A program made the position numbers and the translations under genes. From assembly GCF_004010195.1 (NCBI RefSeq), contig NC_057718.1, positions 4,701,219-4,721,218 of the forward strand: 20,000 nt of DNA. Reading direction: 5' to 3'. Numbering within the stretch: the stretch's first letter is position 1; every line of letters begins with the position of its first letter. The DNA comes from Chiloscyllium plagiosum (taxonomy: Eukaryota). Under the pieces are notes generated by a model. That model saw nothing but the letters and a program-made list of their open reading frames with translations. It did no database searches and had not been told where the DNA came from. Shown piece after piece: positions 10,890-20,000 of this stretch.

Positions 10890-11196
10890 TAGAATAAAAT
10901 CCCTACAGTTTGGGGACAGGCCATTCGGCCGAACAAGTCCACACTGACCCTCTGAACAGCACCCAGCCCTAACCAAGCCCCCTTCCTTATCCTTACAACC
11001 CTGCATTTCCTATGGTTAACCCACTGAACCGACTTATCCCTGGACACTATGGCCACTCCATCTAACCTGCATATCTTTATCCTGTGGGAGGAAACCCATG
11101 GGGAGGATGTGTAAACTCCACACAGTCACCTGGGGGTGGAATCAAACCTGGGGTCCCTGGTGCTGTGAGACAGTAGTGCTAGCCCCCTTGCCGCCC
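10890..11196 (-). mobile_element. HE1-like V-SINE, diverged
   Basis: Reverse complement of the 11444-11750 SINE (AAACTCCACACAG, CTAACCTGCA, ACAGGCCATTCGGCCGAACAAGTCCACAC). Confidence 0.8.
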
Positions 11197-11295
11197 TCAT
11201 CAGATTTTATAGTGAAGGCTTTAACACTGAGATGAAAATCTCGCTCATGAGGAGTGAGGTACTTATTTGTACCCATTTACAGCTCATCATTACCA

Positions 11296-11482
11296 ACTAT
11301 CACCGCTATGCTGATTGTTTATTCTTCCATATGGGAGAGAGGAATTGGCCTGCAACAGTTTCCCACAGTGAAACCAGAGCGTTACTCTGCCAGGTGTAGC
11401 TAACTGGTCTTTTCATAAAGTCTTCATCTTCACCAACATCCATGGGTGGCACGGTGGCAGAGTGGTTAGCACTGCTGCCTCA
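11296..11482 (+). repeat. 187-bp direct repeat, copy 1
   Basis: Matches 12010-12196 with 4 substitutions by manual count. Confidence 0.95.
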
Positions 11483-11750
11483 CAGTGTCAGAGACCCGGG
11501 TTCAATTCCTCAGGCGACTCTCTGTGTGGAGTTTGCACATTCTCCCCGTGTCTGTGTGGGTTTGCTCCAGTTTCCTCCCACAATCCAAAAATGTGCAGGT
11601 TAGGTGAATTGGCCAGGCTAAATTGCCCGTAGTGTTGGGTGAAGGGGTAAATGTAGGGGAATGGATCTGGGTGGGTTACACTTCGGCGGGTCGGTGTGGA
11701 CTTGTTGGGCCGAAGGGCCTGTTTCCACACTGTAACTAATCTAATCTAAT
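11444..11750 (+). mobile_element. HE1-like tRNA-derived V-SINE, full length
   Basis: Box A TGGCAGAGTGG (11455-11465), box B GGTTCAATTCC (11499-11509), V-domain TCTGTGTGGAGTTTGCACATTCTCCCCGTGTCTG, HER1-like 3' tail GGGCCGAAGGGCCTGTTTCC and (CTAAT)3. Confidence 0.9.
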
Positions 11751-12009
11751 AATCCCTCAACCTCTCTGGGAATGCTCCAAGGAAACCGAGCTGTCTACTT
11801 GGTCCATACAATAGGGCATCAGTGGGATACCAGTCTCCCAGAATCAGTCTCATAGCTGACCCCCCACTCACTGAGAATACACTTCTGAAGTTTGCATTTC
11901 ACTGCTCACTTTGCATCCTGACACCCCCATCTCCCACTCCTCAACAGGGGGCCTCTCAGCTTGATTCACTTGCTCTCTTTGCGCTCACTCACTTACTGTT
12001 TGCTTGGAG

Positions 12010-12196
12010 ACTATCACCGCTATGCTGATTGTTTATTCTTCCATGTGGGAGAGAGGAATTGGCCTGCAACAGTTTCCCACAGTGAAACCAGAGCGTTACT
12101 CTGCCAGGTGTAGCTAACTGGTCTTTTTATAAAGTCTTCATCTTCACCAACATCCATGGGTGGCACGGTGGCACAGTGGTTAGCACTGCTGCTTCA
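12010..12196 (+). repeat. 187-bp direct repeat, copy 2 (includes the first ~39 nt of the SINE head)
   Basis: Offset of 714 bp from copy 1. Confidence 0.95.
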
Positions 12197-12552
12197 TTGA
12201 GAGCCTGTAGATTTACTGCACCTCTGCCTTGGCTCACCTTTTAGCACAGAGCCCAGCAGCTTGTTATACCTGCTCACCCTCCACATCCTGGGTATAGACA
12301 GGTTACTATCCAGCATAGTGTTATCTCATTGGAAAACCTAGAGTGTATGTGAGTGACATTCTTGGAGTAGAAAGGGCGAGGAAGCCTCTCAGTGACCTGT
12401 GTACATTTCTCTGTGGGTATCTGGTTACCCAGTGATACCATCCTGGCTCCATGTAACAGGACAGTAGTTCAGTGTGGACTGATGGTCTTTTCACAGGAGG
12501 AGAGGGAATAAGTTCTGCAATAAGGCTCGAACCTGCACATGTTAAGAATCAG

Positions 12553-12670
12553 GAGAAAGTGAGGACTGCAGATGCTGGAGGTGAGAGTCGAGAGTGTGTT
12601 GCTGGAAAATCTCCTGTCCCTCAGATGCTGTCTGACATGCTGTGCTTTTCCAGCACCACACTCGCGACAG
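12553..12670. mobile_element. Internally deleted hairpin PLE-like element with 12-bp TSD
   Basis: GTTAAGAATCAG at 12541-12552 and 12671-12682. Arms GTCGAGAGTGTGTTGCTGGAAAA and TTTTCCAGCACCACACTCGCGAC. No hammerhead core left. Confidence 0.8.
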
Positions 12671-13334
12671 GTTAAGAATCAGTTGACAGCAGTGGGAATG
12701 GGACAGCAGCAAAGCAGAGCCCAATGCAGATTGTTGGGTTGCCTGAACATGGAGCTTTTTGGTGTCTCCAATTGAGCAGCCATGATCCTGTCCAGCTCCT
12801 CATCGCTGCTGAGCACATGATTACACAAGAGTGGTGCCACAGAAGTGTGGTGCATCCCTAATAATGTGAGCAGGCTGAGGTTGTGAGAGAACTCCCTGCA
12901 GCTCTACATGAAGCGGAACTCTGCATGAAACTCCCTGAAACTGACACTGAGCCAATTTCTTGTGAAATTGCATCGTGAAACCAATGTCCCTGTCCTCATG
13001 GTGAACAATCCATACATTTATACAAAGAAGTTAGCATTATTCCCATCTCCAGGTCAACTTTCCCTTGACCACGCCATCATGAACAATTGTGTAAAACCCT
13101 GTGATCTTCCTGTGCTACATAAATAGAACTGTTTTCTTCCTTTCCTCTTGCTTTATTTCTATCTGCTTTGTCCCATTTTCTCTGTTCAATCTCTCTGCTG
13201 ACCCTCTTCTTCATAACTAACCATCTCCTTAAATCCATCTTCTCCTGGGTCTCGACTTCCCTACACCTGTCTACCATTCCAATGGTGGGGCAGTCCCTGA
13301 TCAGAGAAACTGTTCTGTTTCAAAACCATCATGA

Positions 13335-13433
13335 GCCTGAAACATTAACCCTGGCCCCCTCCTCCCAGACACTGTCAGACTTGCTGAGGTTTGATGTTTT
13401 TTTCTCTGGTTTCCATTGTCTGGAATATCCTGC
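13335..13433 (+). mobile_element. Highly degenerate PLE-like copy
   Basis: CCTGAAACATTAACCCTG...CAGACACTGTCAGACTTGCTGAG resembles the family 3' part; preceded by a pyrimidine-rich tract. Confidence 0.4.
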
Positions 13434-13798
13434 TGCTGTGTCGAAGTTGTCAGGAGTGGCTCCTCCTGGATGTCAATCCAAATCTCACAGCCAGCCTCCC
13501 CTGTCCTGAACAGCCTGGAGCAAGGTTTGAAAACTCCTCAAGTATGTCCCAAATTCTCACTCCGAATATCCTGTTCTCACTGACTACAACAATAACACAG
13601 CTATTCAACTGATCAAAGCAACCAGCATATGTCTATTTGGATGGTACTGATTCAGGAGAATTGCTGTTGAGGGGCATGAGCATCTAGCTGAACTGGAAAG
13701 TGAGAGCTTTATTTTAAAATCCCATCTGGAAGATTCTGTGTGAAAGGCCATCATTCCTGTCGGAGTGTACATCCCAGTCTAGGTGCTGGGTATAAACA

Positions 13799-14001
13799 GG
13801 AGACAGTGAGGACTGCAGATGCTGGAGATCAGAGTTGAAAAGTGTGGCACTGGAAAAGCACAGCAGGTCAGGCAGCATCCAAGGAACAGGAGAGTCAATG
13901 TTTTGAGCATAAAGCCTTTCATCTGTGCTTGAAATGTCAACCCTCCTGCTCTTCAGATGCTGCCTGACCTGCTGTGTTATTCCAGCATCACACTTCATCG
14001 A
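13799..14001. mobile_element. Hairpin PLE-like element with 15-bp TSD
   Basis: TGCTGGGTATAAACA (13784-13798) vs TGCTGTGTATAAACA (14002-14016). About 70-bp inverted arms with a perfect 21-bp core (13859-13879 / 13956-13976). Confidence 0.85.
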
Positions 14002-14098
14002 TGCTGTGTATAAACACTTTCCCCAAAAAGCAAGATGTTATTCACTGAATAAACTTTACACTGAATAACACGGGTGATTATTTATTTGGTTTCACCAG

Positions 14099-14226
14099 GG
14101 TTTCAAGTTGGAGGCAGCATACAGTCAGAGACAAAGGGAATCTGGATGTGGTGTCTCCCACATCCCCAGAAGAAAGTTTGCTGCCTGCTGCTGCTGGACA
14201 CTGATGGGCTTGGAGATGTGGGAAAG
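14099..14226 (+). CDS. GBP: Guanylate-binding protein, second coding exon (switch I/G2 and G3 motifs)
   Basis: Acceptor TTTGGTTTCACCAG|GG at 14098/14099; donor AAG|GTAAAA at 14226/14227; 128 nt. G1704+GG completes a Gly codon, then [42 protein letters not shown], matching GBP [43 protein letters not shown]. Confidence 0.93.
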
Positions 14227-14789
14227 GTAAAACTGTTTCTTTTCACAGCCACATGAAGAACAGCATTAACACATGGAATGTCCTGTTAATGAATGGTCAT
14301 CCATTCCCTGGGCAGGAATACGATCAGTCAGGGCCTGTATTCACTATGTTCAGACAATGAGGACAGTGCACCTGAATTTGCTCCATTATTCCCATTCCAG
14401 AGCCCACACCATTGCTCGGACTAAAGGCTATTTAAATACTCCGGGTGGACAGCCATGTCATTGCAAACACTGGGGGATGCCTGACTCTGGGTAAGGTGAG
14501 GAAAAGTGATCAGGTAATTTTGAAAAGTGCGATTCCTTCATGGAATTGATCAAAAGCAAGTCAGACATTCACAGTTTCAATGTAATTCTTCATCAATACA
14601 GTGAATGCCTCTGGATAACAGGATTGTACAGGGCTCTTATTGAATTAGAGATATTGTGTATTGCCAAAGCTGTGTATAATACCCCTTTTTATAGAGTTCT
14701 ATTCCATGATCTGTGCTGAGATACCCCATACCTCCCTGTTCCTGGGAAACATTTGTTGGTACTCTCTCCATGACCAGATCATTGTTCCT

Positions 14790-15155
14790 CAGATAAGGAA
14801 ACCAGAATCCACGTCCCTTGGATAGATGCAGCGAGGTACCTCTGCTCTTTTACTCGAATCCTCTCACTTGGAAGGCCAATATACCACTAGCCTCCTTCAC
14901 TACCTGCTGCACCCATGTGCTTACTTTCAGTGACTGATGTACAAGGACACCCAGGACTCTGCATATTCCCCTGCCTCAGTTTGTAGTCATTCAGATAATA
15001 AGTTGCCTTCCTGTTTTTGTTCCCAAAGTGGATATCCTCATATTTATCCCCATTATAATGTATTTGCCACTCCCTCAGCTTGTCCAAATCACTTGAATCT
15101 CTACATTGTCCTCACAGCTCACCCTCCCACCCAGCTTTGTCATCTGTAAACTTGG
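14790..15155 (-). mobile_element. CR1-type LINE RT fragment
   Basis: DKLREWQIHYNGDKYEDIHFGNKNRKATYYLNDYKL, with an upstream SKFTDDTKLGG-like segment. Confidence 0.75.
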
Positions 15156-15217
15156 AGAGATTAAATTTTGGGTGACTCCATGAAAAGAGCAAGCTGAAGT
15201 TGTGAGTATGGACAATG

Positions 15218-15325
15218 CTTCATCAAGGTTTTGATGAAGAGTCAACTAGACTCCAAACGTTAGCATGCTGTCCCTCTGTGGATGCTGCCTGACCTGCTGT
15301 GATCTCTGGCAAATAGTTTTGTTCA
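15218..15325 (+). mobile_element. PLE-like element of a second subfamily with mutated hammerhead core
   Basis: TTGATGA-A-GAGTC-AACTA-GACTC-CAAAC-GTT (15231-15261), then GGATGCTGCCTGACCTGCTGTG. Small inverted head CTTCATCAA-GGTT-TTGATGAAG. Confidence 0.7.
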
Positions 15326-15334
15326 CTCAAGTCA

Positions 15335-16465
15335 TGTGGACATCGTTGGCTGGGCCAGCATCTGCTGCTTGTCCCTAGTTGCTCCTTGAGCTGCCATCTT
15401 GAATTACTGCAGTCCATCTGCTGGAGATAGTCCCACAATGCCCTTAGGGAGGGAATTCCAGGGTTTGACCCAGTCACACTGATGGAACAGCGATAAATTT
15501 CCAAGTCAGGATGGTAAGTAGCTTGGAGGGGAACTTGAAGGAGGTGGAGTTCCCATGTATCTGCTTCTTCTAGATGGGATTGGTCATGGGTTTGGAAGGT
15601 GCTACCTGAGGATCTTTGCTGAATTTCTGAAATGTATCTTGGGAATAATACACTCTGCTACCACTGAGTGTCAGTATTGGGGAGGCTGGATAGAATAATA
15701 AGAGATGTACAGCATGGAAACAGACCCTTTAGTCCAATTTGTCCATGCCAACCATCAATCCTAAATTAATCTAGTTCCATTGCCAAACCCTTCCTACTCA
15801 TACACTCATCCAGAAGCCTCTTAAATGGTACCAGTCTTCACAACTACCTCTGGAGTTCATTCCATACATGCATCACCTTCTGCGGAAAAAATGTATCTAT
15901 TAGATCCCTTCAAATCTTTCCCCTCCCATCTTAAGCCGGTGACCTCGAGTTTTGGACTCCCCTACCTGGGGAAAAAACTTGGCTATTCACTCTATCCATG
16001 TCCTTCATGATTTTATAAACTTCTGTAAGGTCATTCCTCAGCCTCTGACTGTTTGTGGATGTGGTGCCAGTCAAATGGGCTACTTTGTCCTGGATGGTGT
16101 CAAGCTTTTTGAGTGTTGTTGGAGCTGCCCCCATCCATGCGAGTGGGGAGTATTCCATCACACTCCTGACTTGTGCCTTGTGGATAGTGGATAGGCTTTG
16201 GGAAGTCAGAAGGTGAGTTATTCATTGCAATATTCCCATTCTCCGAACTGATCTTGCAGAGACAGGACATACGACTAATCCAGTTTCTGATCTGAGAAAT
16301 GGTAATCCCCAGGATGTTGATCGTGGAGGATTCAGTCCCATTGAATGTTGTCAGTGATGGTAAGATTGTATCTTGTTTGAGATGGTTATTGCCTGGAATT
16401 ATATAGCATGAATGTTACTTGCCACTTGTCAGCCCAAGTTTCAATATTGTCTGGATATTGTCACA
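15335..16465 (-). mobile_element. CR1-clade LINE family A, 3' portion, interrupted at ~15691-16044
   Basis: MEYSPLAWMGAAPTTLKKLDTIQDKVAHL and EIYRCSISVTGS; homologous to 3951-4243 and 4932-5017. Confidence 0.8.
15691..16044 (-). mobile_element. HER1-like LINE 3' fragment
   Basis: QRLRNDLTEVYKIMKDMDRVN; 3' end GATGTACAGCATGGAAACAGACCCTT is the reverse complement of the tails at about 17800 and 19600. Confidence 0.8.
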
Positions 16466-16599
16466 CTTAGGATAAAAAGAGGAAAAGAAATCAGAAAAGG
16501 AACAGACTGTGGTAAAATGCAACTGTAGACTGGTTATTCAAGGGCAAGTAGCAAATAGGGCCACAGTCCAAGGAAAAAATACAATGATTAAAAATGGGA

Positions 16600-16950
16600 T
16601 AAAAACAAGCTTAAAGACTATCTGTCTGAATGCACGAAACATTAGGAATATGATCGATGAACTAATGATACAACTTGTAGTAAATGGATATGATCTCATA
16701 GCCCTTATGGAGACGTGATTACAAGGAGATCAGACTGAGATCTGAACATTCAGGGATGTTTGATCTTTTGGAAAGACAGGAGGGATGGAAATGCTTGTGG
16801 GATAGCACTATTGGTGAAGGATGAAATGAGGATAGCTGTGAGAGTTGATTGAGCCGCAGGTAATATAGAGTCCATTTGGATAGAGGTAAATAACACTAAG
16901 AACAAGAAGACATTTGTTGACATATGTATGGAGCCTCAAACAATAACCAC
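16600..16950 (+). mobile_element. CR1-type LINE AP-endonuclease N-terminal fragment
   Basis: LKTICLNARNIRNMIDEL...GYDLIALMET* matches the APE NxRS...DxxxxxETW pattern, with a stop in place of Trp. Confidence 0.75.
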
Positions 16951-16954
16951 AAGT

Positions 16955-18370
16955 TCGTAGGATGTAGCAGCAGAATTAGACCATTCAGCCCATCAATTCT
17001 GCTCTACTATTCAATCATGGCTGATACGTTTCTCAATTCCATTCTCCTGCTTTCTCCCCACAATGCTTGATGCCCTTACTCATCAAGAGCCTATTTATCT
17101 CTGTCTTAAACACATCAATAACTTGACCCCCACAGCTTTCTGTGGCCATGAGTTCCATAGAGTCACCTCTGGCTGAAGACATTCCTCCTTATTTCGGTTC
17201 TAGATGGTCATCCCTTCACCCTGAGGCTGCACCCTTGGGTCCTAGTTTCTCCTACCTGTGGAAACACTGTATCCAGGTCTCTCAGTATCCTGTGAATTTA
17301 AATGATATTCCCCTCTCAACCTTCCAAACACAGCTTCCTCTGAACCCCTTCCAACATAAGCACATACTGCTATAGATACGGGGCCAAAAACTGCTCACAA
17401 TATTCCAAACTCCAATAGTCTTACTAGAGCCTTGTCCAGCCTCAGCAGTCCATCTCTGCTCAAATTTCCCTTCCTAGCTGCCGACTGAACCACATCTTAA
17501 CCTGAAGAGAATTCTGAACTAAGCAGCTGAGGTGGGGGAGTCTAGAACTAGAGGGCACAGGTTCAAGGTGAGATGGGATAGATATAAAAGAGACCTAAAG
17601 GGCAACGTTTTCACATAGAGGGTGGTATGTGTATTGAATGAGCTGCCAGAGGAAGTTGTGGAGACCAATACAATTGCAACATTTAAGAGTCATTTGGATG
17701 GGTATATGAATAGGAAGGGTTTGGATGGATATGGGCCGGGTGCTGGCAGGTGGGACTAGATTGGGTTGGAATATCTGGGTTGGCATAGACGGGTTGGACC
17801 GAAGGGTCTGTTTCTGTGCTGTACATCTCTACGAATCTAAGACTTCCAAGTCCCTTTATAGTTCAGATTTCCAAAGCCTTTCCCCATTTATGAAATAGTC
17901 TGCACCTCTATTCTTCATACCAAATTGTGTAATCTCACATTTTCCCACATTGTATTCCATCTGTCACGTCTTTGCCCCATCTCCGAGCCTGTCCAAGTCC
18001 TTCTGCAGCCTCTGGTGTCCTCAACATGATTTGTCTCTCCACCAATCTTTGTGTCACCTGAAAACTTAGCAACAATTGCCTCAGTTCCTTTTTCCAGATC
18101 ATGAATATGTAATGTGAATAGATGTAGTCCCAGTACTGACCCCTACAGAACTCCACTAGTCACCAGCTGCTGTTGTGAAAAAGGCCCCTTTGTCCTGACT
18201 CACTGCCTTCTGCCAGACAACTAACCCTGTCTCCATGCCAGTCCCACAGGGTCTAATACCACGGGCTCTTATCTTTACTTTGCAGCTGCCTATGTGACAC
18301 TTTGTCAAAGGCCTTCTGGAAATCCAAACAGAGCACACCAACTGTCTCTTCTTTAGCTAACTTACTCAGT
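16955..18370 (-). mobile_element. Decayed CR1-type LINE, continuing at 19799-20000
   Basis: 3' end GTAGCAGCAGAATTAGACCATTCAGCCC; minus-strand LDFQKAFDKVSH (about 18295-18330) and GVLxGSVLG; parallels 5018-7010. Confidence 0.8.
17528..17838 (+). mobile_element. HER1-like LINE 3' fragment nested in the CR1 copy
   Basis: Aligns with 19330-19630 (AATGAGCTGCCAGA, GGATGGGTATATGAATAGGAAGGGTTT, GAAGGGTCTGTTTCTGTGCTGTA). Confidence 0.85.
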
Positions 18371-18371
18371 A

Positions 18372-18548
18372 TTTTTCATTCATTGGATGAAGGTGTCATT
18401 GGCTAGGCCAGTATTTATTGCCCAGAGAGCAGTTAAGAGTCAACCACGTTGCTGTGGGTCTGGTGTCACATGTAGGCCAGACCAGATAAGGATGGCAGTT
18501 TCCTTCCCTGAAGGAACCAGATGGATTTTTCGAACAATCAACAACAGG
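18372..18548 (-). mobile_element. SINE 3' half, with a tail similar to the LINE family A 3' end
   Basis: GTCATTGGCTAGGCCAGTATTTATTGCCC resembles CATCGTTGGCTGGGCCAGCAT at about 15341. The 5' half lies at 19641-19798. Confidence 0.55.
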
Positions 18549-19640
18549 TTAGATCTCATGGAATACAGGGAGTGGCTCGAATGTAGAAGACAGAGGGTGA
18601 TGGTGGCAAGTTGCTTTTCGGATTGGAGGTCCATGGGGAGTAGTGTACCACAAGGATCGGTGCTGGGTCCACTGCTTTTCATCATTTATATAAATGTTTT
18701 TGGATGTGAACATAGGAGGTATAGTTAGTAAGTTTGCAGATGACACCAAAATTGGAGGTGTAGTGGACAGCGAAGAAAGTTACCTCAGATTACAATGGCA
18801 TCTTAATCAGAAGAGCCAATGGGCTGAGGAGTGGCAGATAGAGTTTAATTTAGATAAATGTGAGGCCTGCATTCTGGAAAGGCAAATTAGAGCAGGACTC
18901 CTACCCTTAATGGTAAGGTCTGAGCTGAACAGAGACCTTGAAATGCAGGTTCATTGTTCCTTGGAAGTAGAGTCGCAGGTAGATAGGATAGTGAAGAAGG
19001 TGTTTGGTATGCTTTCCTTTATTGGTCAGAGCATTGAGTAAAGGAGTTGGGAGGTGATGTTGCGTCTGCACAGGACTTTGGTTAGGCTGCTTTTGAAATA
19101 TTGCATGCAGTTCTGGTCTCCTTCCTACTGGAAGGATGTTGTGAAACTTGAAATGGTTCAGAAAAGATTTACAAGGATGTTGCCAGAATTGGAGGATTTG
19201 AACTATAGGGAGAGAATGTATAGGCTGGGACTGTTTTCCCTGGACCATCGGAAGCTGAGGATGACCTTATAGAGGTTTATAAAATCATGAGGGGCATGGA
19301 TAGGGTAAATAGAGAAAGTCTTTTCCCTGGGGTGGGGGAGACCAGAACGAGAAGTCATAGGCTTAGGATGAGAGGGAAAAGATATAGAAGATACCTAAGG
19401 GGCAATTGTTTCATGCAGAGTGTAGTGTGTGAATGAAATGAGCTGCCAGATGAAGTGGTGGAGGTGAGTGCAATTACAGCATTTAAAAGGCATTCGGATG
19501 GGTATATGAATAGGAAGGGTTTAAGAGGGATATGGGCCAAGTGCTGGCAATTGGGACTAGATTAGATTAGCATTACTGGGCAGCATGGATGAGTTGGACT
19601 GAAGGGTCTGTTTCTGTGCTGTATATCTCCATGACACTAT
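18549..19640 (+). mobile_element. 5'-truncated HER1-like (CR1 clade) LINE
   Basis: VPQGSVLGPLLFIIYIN, SKFADDTKIGG, YCMQFWSP, VQKRFTRMLP, and a 3' tail shared with the HE1 SINE; frameshifted. Confidence 0.9.
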
Positions 19641-19798
19641 AATAACAGATAATTGCCATCATTAAACTCCCAACTCCAGATTCTTATTGCATTCAAATTT
19701 CACTGAATGCCAATGTGGACTTCAACAGGGTTCCCAGAACAGCACCTGGGTCTCTGGATTAATAGTTCAGTGATAAGATCACTAGGCTCTCACCTCCC
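19641..19798 (-). mobile_element. SINE 5' half (degenerate tRNA-like head)
   Basis: Minus strand GGGAGGTGAGAGCCTAGTGAT...TAATCCAGAGACCCAGG...CTGTTGAAGTCC, with degenerate A/B boxes. Confidence 0.5.
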
Positions 19799-20000
19799 TA
19801 GTTAGCTCCTCAAAGAATTTCAACACATTTGTCAAACATCACCACTCTTGACGAAGCTGTGCTGACTTCACCCCATTTTACCATAACTGGCCAATAGTTT
19901 CCTGCATTCTGCCTCCCCCACTTCTTCAACAGGATTGTTACATTAACCATTTTTCAGTCCTCTGGGCCCTTCTGTGACTTCAGTGATTCCTGAAAGTTCC
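19799..20000 (-). mobile_element. CR1-type LINE continuation
   Basis: CAAAGAATT...TTGTCAAACAT, GCCAATAGTTTCCTG and CAGTGATTCCTGAA match 6034-6273. Confidence 0.75.

Larger units (their letters stand above)
1705..14098 (+). other. GBP intron, 12,394 bp, phase 1, repeat-filled
   Basis: GT...AG ends; joins the two GBP exons in frame with no gap in protein homology. Confidence 0.85.

Noticed and set aside
11444..11510. tRNA gene
   Set aside because: A/B boxes are present but run into a V-domain and LINE-like tail; it is a SINE head.
12926..12981. GAAA clusters as ISRE/IRF sites
   Set aside because: Spacing does not fit GAAANNGAAA, and such words are expected by chance; the GBP promoter is not located.
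14273..14494. 73-aa ORF ending near GGTAAG as the next GBP exon
   Set aside because: No similarity to the expected D..ND.WIFALAVLLSS segment.
1157..15325. Recurrent GATGCTGCCTGACCTGCTG motif as a CRISPR-like array
   Set aside because: Copies are dispersed, in both orientations, irregularly spaced and embedded in mobile elements.

Overview
Eukaryotic genomic DNA, very probably from a cartilaginous fish (inferred from HE1/V-SINE and HER1/CR1-type repeats). The only host-gene content is two consecutive + strand coding exons of a guanylate-binding protein (GBP) gene: 1530-1704 (P-loop GKYRTGKS) and 14099-14226 (SETKGIWMW...DTDGLGD). They are joined in frame by a 12,394-bp phase-1 GT-AG intron, and later exons were not found in the window. 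Most of the rest is nested retroelement debris: two CR1-type LINE families, SINEs, a probable solo LTR, and a relatively young 5'-truncated Tx1/L1-clade element with a perfect 15-bp TSD that abuts an older copy of the same family. The most unusual signal is a family of 90-220 bp elements (6-7 copies). Several carry a minimal hammerhead-ribozyme core with covarying stem II, several are inverted hairpins, and three have 12-18 bp flanking duplications, consistent with non-autonomous Penelope-like derivatives. Boundaries of decayed repeats are approximate, and family names come from recognition rather than database searches.
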